A stretch of DNA of 64,000 nucleotides from an uncultured Chitinophagaceae bacterium (GTDB lineage Bacteria > Bacteroidota > Bacteroidia > Chitinophagales > JADJOU01). The position numbers and the translations under genes are program-made. Positions 18,561-27,770 of the stretch are shown here, piece by piece; within the stretch, counting starts at the first letter, position 1; the number at the start of each line of letters is the position of its first letter. Below the pieces are notes generated by a model. That model made no database searches. It saw only the letters and a list, made by a program, of their open reading frames with translations, and was not told where the DNA came from. The stretch covers positions 107,613-171,612 of the forward strand of contig CAYXKX010000001.1 in assembly GCA_964465185.1 (NCBI GenBank), in the 5' to 3' direction.

Positions 18561-21554
18561 TTATAAGGAATTTTTGAGAAGAGAAAATTTTACTAAGGTA
18601 CCAATAGTTAATCCTTCATTATTAATCACATCAGAAATAATCAATCCTTCATGCGGATGCATTTCTAATGTTTTGTTGTTTAGTTCAATTCTCTTTTCCG
18701 TTACTTTGATTCCAGTAGACTCATAATTTTTACTTTTATTCAGTATTTTACTGTATTCCCGGCCTACTCCATTGTCTTCAATTTCACAGCGAATATAATT
18801 AGAATCATCTATCATTCTAACAATTACTTTCCCCATTTTTTTTAATGGTGCTAACCCATGAATAATAGAATTTTCAACAAAGGGTTGAATGAGCATGGGG
18901 GGTATTTCCTCTCTATTTTTAAGTAAATTTTTATCTACATGAATCTCATATTCAAATTTATTATCAAATCGTAATTTATTGAGATCAAGATAGTATTCTA
19001 GGGTTTTTACTTCATCATTAATGTCTATTAAATCTTTTTTACTTTGGTCTAAAATCAAACGCAGCAAAGTAGAAAATTTTCCAATGTACTTCTTCGCCAT
19101 TGAAACATCTCCCGAGGCATAAAATCCCTGAATGGAGTTGATTGAATTGAATATGAAATGGGGATTCATGTGAAGTCGAAGCGCTTGATTTTGAATATCT
19201 ATTATTTCTTTTTCATAGACAGCTTGTCTTTTCTCAACTTCAATATTTTTATTTTTAAGATGAAGCAATTGTTCTTTTGTTTCATGATCTTTCTTAAGTG
19301 CTTTAATTCTATATTTTATTGCAATAAATATCATGAAAAATCCCAAAATCAGCAATAAAAGAATGAACCACCATGTTTTCCAAAATGGTGGTATTACTTT
19401 TATATGAAAGGATTTAACCTCTGATTCGGTATTGTTGGAGTTGAGAGCTATCAGCTCAAAATCGAATTCTCCATAGGGCATGGAAGCGTACTCTAACATC
19501 GTATTCTGAGTATATTTCCATTCATTATCTATCCCTTTTGTCCTGTACTTATATATTAAATTACCAAATGAACTATAGGATAAACCAATGAAGTTAACCC
19601 TTATGGAATTATCTGGATACTTAGCGATGTAATTTAAATGCTTATTCTGAACTTTTTCATTGATAAAGACAGATTCAATATCTACTGTAGGTTTGGTAGT
19701 TTTTGTTTTTAAATCTTTTTCAGTGAAAATACAGACCCCAAGATCAGTAGCCGCATAGAGCGTTTCGCCATCCATGGTGATATCATTGATACTCTTAGCA
19801 TTTAAACCATTGCTCTGGGTATAGTTCTTAATGGAAAATTTTAAGTCTGCACCGAGTATCTTATAGCTTATTTTGCTAAGCCCTTCGCTCGTTGCTGCCC
19901 AGAGTTGATTTTTATTATCTACGTATATGGAGTTAGCAAAATTGGTTGTAAGACCATTGGACTTATTAAGGGTAAAAATCTTATTTTTATAAACAACAAT
20001 CACGCCATAGATGTTTGAGGAAAAGCATTGAAGACCGTCACTTGTTTCTACAACTCTAGAAATATTTTTAGCTAAATATTCATGATTATTTAGCACGGAT
20101 TCTAAGTTTTCTCCATTTAGAATTTTGACACCAACGAGACCATAGATATATATTTTATTCGAGAACGCCCCTACATATATGCCGTTAGCCTTTACATTTT
20201 GTATCAAGTGCCCAGTCTTGGGATTATTTATATAGATTTTTTTAGTGTATAACTCTTCAAAATTACTTGACTTCAAAACTAATACGCCACTTCCAACAAT
20301 CATGATAGAAAGCTCAGGGGAAATGACCTTAATATCTTTTGCTGATATTTGAAGGACTTTGGCCGACCAATTGGATTTATCAACTTTAATAGTAACCGCC
20401 CCAGTAGTGAGATAATAGTTTCCATCGGCTCCAACTCTTATCTTCTCTATTTTTCCTTCGCCCGCATCACGCGGTAATTTCAAGTTGTGTATTTTGCCAT
20501 TTTCTATGAAAGAGGCTAAGTACTTTTTAGAACCTATCGCAATATTTCCATCAGATAGTTTGTCGATAAAACCTGCGTAATTGAAGATTAAACCAGAATT
20601 TTCATTTAGCAGTTTTACCCGAGAATTCACGGTTAGAAAGACCCCATTTGTCAATGACGTCATCCAAAAATTATCTTCTAAATCCTGTGTAAAAGATGAT
20701 ATTGAATATCCATTAAATGCCTTATTTATTATTGTGTTGGATTTTAAACTATAGGTAGTGAGCCCATTCTGCGTGCCTACCAAAATAGTTGAATCTTTTG
20801 TAATTTGAACACATTGCGCTATAAGTGGGTATTCTGTAATAGGGATAGATTTTAAATTTAAGTTAACATGCTTGGTATTAAAATGCGAAATGCAGGCGTT
20901 GCTGTTATAATATACCCTGCCTTCAAAGTAAAATGCCTTAGAATTTAATACAGGTTTGTTAATCATTTCTTTAGAAAATATACCCATTTGTTTGTTGTAA
21001 GTATTATAGTAGCCTTCGCTATAAATTGCTAGTACTTCGCCCAAATCATTCAATGTAAGACTCGAAAACATACTAGCCTCTTTGATATTTATTTCTGAAA
21101 ATACATTCTGATTCGTTAATTTAAACAGCTTGAATTGAGTTAAAATGTATACGTTATGATATTTATCTTCTAATACTTTTAAGCCTAGACTGCTAGCATT
21201 TAATCGTAAAAGAACGGAGTCGGAATTCTTATTCCAAAATTTATTATCGTAATAGTAGCATGCATTTCCGTTATTACATGAAAACCAAATTCTTTTTTTC
21301 GAATCTTCAAAAATATCGTATACTATATTGTCGGCCATGCCATCGGAAGTAGTGAATACGGAAAACTTAACTCCATCAAACCTTGCTACTCCTTTGTCTG
21401 TGCCAAACCATAAGTAGCCTTTGGAGTCCTGCAGACTGCAAAAAACGGTATTGCTCGGCAATCCATCGGCTATAGTATAGTTTACATAAGAAGGCTGATC
21501 TGCAAATAGCAAATACGGAAAACAAAGCCATAGATAAGCAAGAAGCTTACGCAT
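18561..21554 (-). CDS. Sensor histidine kinase: periplasmic two-component-regulator propeller/Y_Y_Y region, one TM helix, LytS-type kinase
   Basis: 997 aa. Repeated propeller motifs (G.LWFGT, D.....IWF), TM helix WWFILLLLILGFFMIFIAI, a coiled coil, the His_kinase motif NPHFIFNSINSI, and an HATPase_c domain (IEDNGVG). It lies 20 nt upstream of the regulator gene. Confidence 0.8.
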   Translation of the reverse strand: MRKLLAYLWLCFPYLLFADQPSYVNYTIADGLPSNTVFCSLQDSKGYLWFGTDKGVARFDGVKFSVFTTSDGMADNIVYDIFEDSKKRIWFSCNNGNACYYYDNKFWNKNSDSVLLRLNASSLGLKVLEDKYHNVYILTQFKLFKLTNQNVFSEINIKEASMFSSLTLNDLGEVLAIYSEGYYNTYNKQMGIFSKEMINKPVLNSKAFYFEGRVYYNSNACISHFNTKHVNLNLKSIPITEYPLIAQCVQITKDSTILVGTQNGLTTYSLKSNTIINKAFNGYSISSFTQDLEDNFWMTSLTNGVFLTVNSRVKLLNENSGLIFNYAGFIDKLSDGNIAIGSKKYLASFIENGKIHNLKLPRDAGEGKIEKIRVGADGNYYLTTGAVTIKVDKSNWSAKVLQISAKDIKVISPELSIMIVGSGVLVLKSSNFEELYTKKIYINNPKTGHLIQNVKANGIYVGAFSNKIYIYGLVGVKILNGENLESVLNNHEYLAKNISRVVETSDGLQCFSSNIYGVIVVYKNKIFTLNKSNGLTTNFANSIYVDNKNQLWAATSEGLSKISYKILGADLKFSIKNYTQSNGLNAKSINDITMDGETLYAATDLGVCIFTEKDLKTKTTKPTVDIESVFINEKVQNKHLNYIAKYPDNSIRVNFIGLSYSSFGNLIYKYRTKGIDNEWKYTQNTMLEYASMPYGEFDFELIALNSNNTESEVKSFHIKVIPPFWKTWWFILLLLILGFFMIFIAIKYRIKALKKDHETKEQLLHLKNKNIEVEKRQAVYEKEIIDIQNQALRLHMNPHFIFNSINSIQGFYASGDVSMAKKYIGKFSTLLRLILDQSKKDLIDINDEVKTLEYYLDLNKLRFDNKFEYEIHVDKNLLKNREEIPPMLIQPFVENSIIHGLAPLKKMGKVIVRMIDDSNYIRCEIEDNGVGREYSKILNKSKNYESTGIKVTEKRIELNNKTLEMHPHEGLIISDVINNEGLTIGTLVKFSLLKNSL

Positions 21555-21610
21555 AATAGTATTTCATTTATAGGTGTTCCATGAGTATAAATATATACAT
21601 TTTTTAATAA

Positions 21611-21646
21611 TAAAAAAACGCTTTGTCATTTGATTGACAAAGCGTT
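21611..21646 (-). terminator. Rho-independent terminator downstream of the FN3/GEVED gene
   Basis: Perfect 11-bp stem (ACGCTTTGTCA at 21618..21628 pairs with TGACAAAGCGT at 21635..21645) around a 6-nt loop. It is followed on the minus strand by a T-run (the A-run at 21612..21617). Confidence 0.6.
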
Positions 21647-21675
21647 CAATACAACGATAAATTAGTTTTCTAATT

Positions 21676-23277
21676 TTACTTTGTCAAAACAAGTCGATGT
21701 GTCGATTTGACATTCTCTTTAGAAATGATGTTTACTATGTAAAGTCCTTCTGGTTGAGAGGAAATATCCAAAGAATTAGTCAAACTATTTTCTAAAGATT
21801 GTTTTTCTACCACTCTACCATCGATACTTACTACTTCTATATAGGAAGGGTTGAAATTATCAGGAGTGACAATGTTCAATTTTCCTGTTGTAGGATTCGG
21901 ATAAACAGAAACTACTTGCTCGCTCGCATTGTCAATACCTGAGGTGGAATTTTGAGACACTATTTCTACATTATAGTCTTCGACTTCTCCTTGAAAGCCT
22001 GTTGCACAAGGAGCTATTGCTGAAGTAGATCTCCTCACAATAACTCTCATTTTTCTACTACCTGGGGTCTTATTGTTTGGAATGGCAATATTGAAATTGA
22101 GGGCTGCACCTGTAGCAAAATAGGTTGGACCCGCAACGCGTTCTCCAGCATCAGCAAAACTACCATTGCTATTAAAGTCAATATATATAGCATAGTTCTC
22201 GCCAAGAACAATACCTGGGTTATATCCGCCGCTTATCACACCTGCATTTGTATTAGAGCCTTTTATCAAGTGGGTGCTTAATCCTGTGTTAATGTATCCG
22301 CCAATTTCTCTACCGGATGTTCTATTAATCGTTCCTAATGTAAACTGGTCAATGAACTCACTGCCATTGGTACCCCAAGCTGGGCACGCAGAGGTATAAG
22401 TTGTAAACTGTCTAGCCACATAATCGCTCACATATCCATTTGTACAAGTAGCTTTAACTCGTACATCGTATAAAGTAGCAGCGGTTAATCCAGTAAGTAC
22501 TTTATTATTAGTAGTGACACTGCTAGTGACCGTCCATGAACTAGATGCAGTTGGCTTGTATTCTACCGTATAGTTTTGACCACCTGAAACGGCACTCCAT
22601 GACACTGTAGCTTGACTACTTGTAGCTCCAGAAACAGTAAGGTTTGTCGGAATATTACATGGAATATTGGCCGTAGTAAACTGCGCAATAAGAGGACTAC
22701 TATTGCCATTGACACAAGATTGATTGATACAATATTCATAAGTGGTATTGGAGGTCAAGCCCGAAATTGTCTTCGAGGTAGAAGAAGTGGATCCAGCAGA
22801 TGTCCATGCATTGGAAGTATTTGCTAGGCGATAAGCAACGAAAAAATTGGATACATTTGTATTGTACCCAGCCGCAGCAGTCCAATTAACCGTTGCAGAG
22901 GTGGCAGTAATATTTGTGGCATTGGGAGCACTAGGCACAGGACAAGGAACAGTATAGGTTTTAGAGGCTGAGATGGCACTACTTATAGTGTCACAGACAG
23001 TGTTTACTCTCCATTCCAGCGCAGCAGAGTGATATAAGCCCGTAATGGTTAAAGAATTCGAAGTTGAGGTGAAAAACTCCCCAGTACCCCAGTCATCATA
23101 GACAAATTTAAGTTCTAAATTGTACCCTGTAGCACCAGATACCGCATCCCAAGTAAATGTTGATACATTATTGCTGTAAGAGTTGGATAGATTCGTAGGA
23201 GCATTGCACTGCGAAAAAACGGGCATTGCTGCATGAATAAGCAGAAATAATAAAATGAATTTGGAAAAATTTATCAT
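21676..23277 (-). CDS. Secreted FN3-repeat / GEVED-domain protein with a type-A T9SS C-terminal sorting domain
   Basis: Signal peptide ending VFSQ. Several fibronectin-III-like modules (NAT..T.TSATV.W..). GEVED motif FQGEVEDYNVEI. The C-terminus VYPNPTTGKLNI...GLYIVNI....STHRLVL is typical of Por_Secre_tail. Confidence 0.7.
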   Translation of the reverse strand: MINFSKFILLFLLIHAAMPVFSQCNAPTNLSNSYSNNVSTFTWDAVSGATGYNLELKFVYDDWGTGEFFTSTSNSLTITGLYHSAALEWRVNTVCDTISSAISASKTYTVPCPVPSAPNATNITATSATVNWTAAAGYNTNVSNFFVAYRLANTSNAWTSAGSTSSTSKTISGLTSNTTYEYCINQSCVNGNSSPLIAQFTTANIPCNIPTNLTVSGATSSQATVSWSAVSGGQNYTVEYKPTASSSWTVTSSVTTNNKVLTGLTAATLYDVRVKATCTNGYVSDYVARQFTTYTSACPAWGTNGSEFIDQFTLGTINRTSGREIGGYINTGLSTHLIKGSNTNAGVISGGYNPGIVLGENYAIYIDFNSNGSFADAGERVAGPTYFATGAALNFNIAIPNNKTPGSRKMRVIVRRSTSAIAPCATGFQGEVEDYNVEIVSQNSTSGIDNASEQVVSVYPNPTTGKLNIVTPDNFNPSYIEVVSIDGRVVEKQSLENSLTNSLDISSQPEGLYIVNIISKENVKSTHRLVLTK

Positions 23278-23573
23278 AATTTGAGTTGTTTAAGTAATAC
23301 AGCTAAGTTGTCGAGAGACGAGCCACACTGTATCGTGGTTAGTTAATTTATTCTGATACAAATGTATCTCCCCACAAATGAAGAATTTTTATGATCTATA
23401 TAACTGCCACACTTTTACACATAAGTGCGATGGAAATATTAATAACCGCCTATTTGAGTTAAGGGATATTTATAAATAAAGGAGGGGACTTTGTAGGACC
23501 AAGATAAGAAAATATGCCTTGCGCCAGAGTCTTATACCGTTTAGGTAATAAAATTAAGTCTTTATTTTGGATT

Positions 23574-25379
23574 TTACCCCAAGCTCTGTAAATCCACCAT
23601 ATTTTTATACTTAGCATTTTCCGCATAAAGCGTCTCGTGTGTTCCTGTCGCTAGTATTTCGCCCTGATTCATTAAAATAATACAATCTGCATTTTTTACT
23701 GTACTCAGTCTATGCGCTATGATGATGCTCGTTTTATTTTTTAGTAAAATATCCAGGGCTTTTTGAACCTCAGCTTCATTCTGACTATCTAGGGCAGAGG
23801 TAGCTTCGTCTAGCAATACAATCTCAGGATTTCGATAGGCCACGCGAGCTATAGTCAGTCTTTGTTTTTCCCCACCACTGAGTCCACTGCCACGTTCACC
23901 TATTGTTTGATGGGCGACTCGTTTGGAAAAGTCTGTTGCATTGCCTATTTCTAAGGCTTGTTTTACCTTAGTTGTATCGAGTTGACCAAAGGAAAGATTA
24001 TTATCTACATTATCATTAAATAACAATGCTTCTTGAGTTACTAAACCAAACAAAGCACGATAGGATTCAAGCGAAAATTTTCGAATGTCTAGCCCATCAA
24101 TTTTTATATGGCCAGAAGTGGGTTGATAGAAGCCAAGAATCAAATCAATAAGCGTGCTCTTACCAGCACCACTCTGACCTACTAGGGCATATTTTTTCCC
24201 CTTTTCAAAATGGAAACTTAAGTTTTTTACAGACTCGGATTCCGAATTTTCATAACGAAACGAAATGTTTTCTAGTTGAAGTGAAGATTCAAAATTTATT
24301 TTTTTAAGCCCTGATTCGTTAAAATCAACGGTGTTTTCATTTAAAATAGTTTGAATTCTTTCATATGAAGCCATTCCTTTTTTGATTTCGTAAAATGCCG
24401 ATGAAAAGCTCTTGGCTGGAGGGATGAGTTGTGAAAATACAACCATAAAGGCAATAAATGTAGATGCAGTAAGTCCTTCATTGTTGAGAACGATTTGTCC
24501 ACCAAACCATAAGACTAAACAAACTACGCCGATAGCTAAAAACTCGGTTAACGGAGAGGATAAGTCACGCTTGCGATACATGCGATTGTAGGTGTCAAAA
24601 TAGGTTTTATTTTGCTCTTTAAACTTGGCATAAATCCAATTATGGGCAAAAAATGCCTGAATAATTTTTATACCGTAAATACTTTCATCCAGAATTGATG
24701 TCAATCGGCCAGTCACTTCTTTTCCTTCTTTGCTTTCTTTTTTGAGGCTTTTACCTATACGCCCGATGAATAGTGCCATGACGAGTATCATGCCAAAGAC
24801 AAATAGAGTGAGTTTAGCGCTCATCGTCAACATGGCGGCTAAGAATAGAAAGATATTCAAAGGAGATTGGATAGAAGTTTCCAACGTATTGATGATGCTG
24901 TATTCTATTTCGCCCAAATCGGATGTGAATTTAGTAATGATGTCGCCCTTGCTATTCTTTTGGAAAAATGAAACTGGCAGTCGAACCAAGCGTTGGTACA
25001 TAGCATCTCGCAGGTCATAGATCATATGATTCCTCAATGGTGCTAAGACATACAAGGCTAAATATCGAAACAAATTTTTCAGTAAAAAAACAACACAAAC
25101 CACACAACAGAAAAAAGCGAGTGCCGCAGTTTTGCCATTATTCTGAATCTGTGTAGAAAGAAAATAATAGAACGAATCTATAAAATAAGTTTTGGATAAA
25201 CTAAAGGCTGGCTTTGCAAGAACAAGCGGTGTTTTGTCAAACAGTAGTTCTAGAAAAGGGACAAGCATCACCAAACTAACCAAGGAAAAAATAACAGTCA
25301 AGACACTGAAAAGAATGAAAAAGCCGAGCAATTTTTTATGCGGTAAAACGTGGCGGAGAAGGGTCAGGTATGATTTCAA
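23574..25379 (-). CDS. ABC exporter, fused permease/ATPase (MsbA-like)
   Basis: 601 aa. Walker A GQSGAGKST, signature LSGGEKQR, Walker B IVLLDEATSALD. TTG start, with no nearby in-frame ATG. Confidence 0.85.
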   Translation of the reverse strand: MKSYLTLLRHVLPHKKLLGFFILFSVLTVIFSLVSLVMLVPFLELLFDKTPLVLAKPAFSLSKTYFIDSFYYFLSTQIQNNGKTAALAFFCCVVCVVFLLKNLFRYLALYVLAPLRNHMIYDLRDAMYQRLVRLPVSFFQKNSKGDIITKFTSDLGEIEYSIINTLETSIQSPLNIFLFLAAMLTMSAKLTLFVFGMILVMALFIGRIGKSLKKESKEGKEVTGRLTSILDESIYGIKIIQAFFAHNWIYAKFKEQNKTYFDTYNRMYRKRDLSSPLTEFLAIGVVCLVLWFGGQIVLNNEGLTASTFIAFMVVFSQLIPPAKSFSSAFYEIKKGMASYERIQTILNENTVDFNESGLKKINFESSLQLENISFRYENSESESVKNLSFHFEKGKKYALVGQSGAGKSTLIDLILGFYQPTSGHIKIDGLDIRKFSLESYRALFGLVTQEALLFNDNVDNNLSFGQLDTTKVKQALEIGNATDFSKRVAHQTIGERGSGLSGGEKQRLTIARVAYRNPEIVLLDEATSALDSQNEAEVQKALDILLKNKTSIIIAHRLSTVKNADCIILMNQGEILATGTHETLYAENAKYKNMVDLQSLG

Positions 25380-25397
25380 GAGATAGTATATAAGAAG

Positions 25398-26315
25398 TTA
25401 ATAGGAAGCAGAGTAATTGGGTGTAGTAAATGGTTTGGAATTTTCAATAAACTTTAAATGACTCATCAATAGAAGTCTTTTTTTAGTATCTACTTGGTCA
25501 CGTAAGAAATATAAATAGTCAAAAGCACGCGTTTTTATGCTTCTTTCTCTTTGCACATTTTGGATGAATTCTTCGATGGACATTGAAAACACTTCATTGG
25601 AGGCCTCTATAAATTGCGCATTGAGCAAATGGAATACATTATCTAGATATGCCTCGTATTTTTTTGAATTAGATTTAATCATATTATAGTGACTATTCAA
25701 TATTTTAGAGACCATTATTGTCAATAAAATAGATGTCCTCAAATCCTTTGACTCTTTGATTTTATCATAAATAGGTTTATTTATTTTATCAAAGATATTG
25801 AGTAGGTTTTTGATTTGCAATTGATCCAGTTTTTTCCGATTATTCGTCGTGGAGCTTATGGCTTCTAACATGCTGTGTTCTATTGCCTCTGCACTAAATG
25901 AATGCTCTTTAAATTGAAGTAAAAACTCAAATCGGACAGCTTTATTGTTATCCATTAAATCTTTGAGCCAATTCCTTAGTTTGACTTCGTCTAAGCTATC
26001 AAGGAGAGCATGATACTCAGGAGTTTTTTTTGAAGACTTTCGCTTTAATTTTTCAGGAGATAGTTGCTTTTTCTCCGTAATATATTTTACCAAAAAAACT
26101 TGATGTAAGCAAGGTTTTTTATTTTCACAGTCACATTCGAGTTTGATTAATTCGTGGTTATTATCTACAGAAACATGTACATCAAAGGACTCCTTTCCTT
26201 CGTCTACAAAGCTGACAAAATTCCCAATAGACTCTTCATCAAGTTCCCGAACTTTGAGTTTCTTATTCGTTATAAGATGCTGGGCGGCAGAAAAAAATGA
26301 GGCGAGGGGGGGCAT
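25398..26315 (-). CDS. Hypothetical SWIM zinc-finger protein
   Basis: The sequence LECDCENKKPCLHQVF fits the SWIM pattern CxCxnCxH. The rest is helical with no recognisable motif. Confidence 0.55.
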   Translation of the reverse strand: MPPLASFFSAAQHLITNKKLKVRELDEESIGNFVSFVDEGKESFDVHVSVDNNHELIKLECDCENKKPCLHQVFLVKYITEKKQLSPEKLKRKSSKKTPEYHALLDSLDEVKLRNWLKDLMDNNKAVRFEFLLQFKEHSFSAEAIEHSMLEAISSTTNNRKKLDQLQIKNLLNIFDKINKPIYDKIKESKDLRTSILLTIMVSKILNSHYNMIKSNSKKYEAYLDNVFHLLNAQFIEASNEVFSMSIEEFIQNVQRERSIKTRAFDYLYFLRDQVDTKKRLLLMSHLKFIENSKPFTTPNYSASY

Positions 26316-26330
26316 TAACTAGAGATTAAT

Positions 26331-27668
26331 TTATACCTCTCTATTCACGTCAAAAGCTTCCAAAATCTCAGCAACGCGTTTCACAAAGGTGCCACCTAGC
26401 ATACCGTCGACTATTCTATGATCATAGCTATGCGATAGGTACATCATGGAACGAATGCCTATGGTATCGCCTTCTGGGGACTCTACAACTACAGGTTTTT
26501 TCACTATGGCTCCTACCCCTAGTATAGCTACTTGGGGCTGGTTGATGATGGGAGTGCCGAAAAGATTTCCAAAAGAACCTAAATTGGTCATGGTATAGGT
26601 GCCCCCTTGAATTTCGTCCGGCTTCAACTGATTTTTCTTTGCGCGTTGTCCTAGGTCATTTACTTTTTTAGCTAAGCCCAATAAATTGAGCATATCTGCA
26701 TTTTTGATGACAGGGACGATTAAATTCCCATCGGGAAGTGCTGCTGCCATACCGATATTGATCTCTTTCTTCAATAAGACTTTGTCTCCATCCACGGAGG
26801 CGTTTATCATAGGAAACTCAATCAAGGCTTTGGCTATAGCTTCAATTAATATTGGAGTAAACGTTAGATTTTCCCCATATTTTTCCTTGAACTTTTCCTT
26901 TGATTTATTTCTCCAAAGAACAATATTGGTCATATCGGCCTCCAAAAAGCTACAAACATGAGCAGATGTCTGAATAGACTTCATCATATGCTCGCCAATA
27001 AGCTTTCGCATCCTATCCATTTTTTGCACCTCTACGTTGGGTCCAAAATCAATTTTGGTATCTGATTGTTCAGCAGTTTCATTCTTTATTTCAACCTGTT
27101 TGATAACTGGATTAGATTGAGCAGTATTAGTAATTTGTATGGCACTTGGATTACGTCTATTTTGTAAATAAACTAATATATCATCTTTCGTGACTCTTCC
27201 ACCTTGACCAGTGCCGATTATCTGATCCAATTCTGTCTGGTTTATTCCCTCTTCTCGGGCTATATTCATAACTAGAGGAGAATAGAATCTATCTCCATTG
27301 TTCGTTATTTGAACTTCGGGTGTCGATATACTTTTTTCAATTTTGACGACTTCTTGTTCTACTATTTTTTTAATCTCTGGCTCGATCGATTTTTCTTCCT
27401 TTTTCACGAGAATTGGAGCTGCATCGCCACCAGTTGAAATGATCGCAAAAGCTTTCCCAACAGGCACCACATCATTATCGCCAAATAGTTTTTGATGTAA
27501 AACTCCAGCTGCAGTCGATGGCACCTCGCTGTTTACCTTATCTGTAGCTACTTCTATTAGATTTTCATCTATAGAGACCGCGTCTCCTTCGTTCTTCATC
27601 CATGAAATGAGGGTCGCCTCTATTATTCCTTCTCCCATCGCTGGGAGTAATACTTCTACTAAAGCCAT
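26331..27668 (-). CDS. Dihydrolipoamide acyltransferase (E2 component of a 2-oxoacid dehydrogenase complex)
   Basis: N-terminal lipoyl domain (VATDKV), an E3-binding region (SPLVMNIAREEGI), and a catalytic domain with SHSYDHRIVDG. Confidence 0.85.
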   Translation of the reverse strand: MALVEVLLPAMGEGIIEATLISWMKNEGDAVSIDENLIEVATDKVNSEVPSTAAGVLHQKLFGDNDVVPVGKAFAIISTGGDAAPILVKKEEKSIEPEIKKIVEQEVVKIEKSISTPEVQITNNGDRFYSPLVMNIAREEGINQTELDQIIGTGQGGRVTKDDILVYLQNRRNPSAIQITNTAQSNPVIKQVEIKNETAEQSDTKIDFGPNVEVQKMDRMRKLIGEHMMKSIQTSAHVCSFLEADMTNIVLWRNKSKEKFKEKYGENLTFTPILIEAIAKALIEFPMINASVDGDKVLLKKEINIGMAAALPDGNLIVPVIKNADMLNLLGLAKKVNDLGQRAKKNQLKPDEIQGGTYTMTNLGSFGNLFGTPIINQPQVAILGVGAIVKKPVVVESPEGDTIGIRSMMYLSHSYDHRIVDGMLGGTFVKRVAEILEAFDVNREV

Positions 27669-27770
27669 TTAAAACAATGAATAATTAAAAATTAATAATT
27701 AATAATGAGATTGGACACAAGATTAACTTGCAGCAAAAATAGCTAATAACTAATAACTAACCAATAGAAA

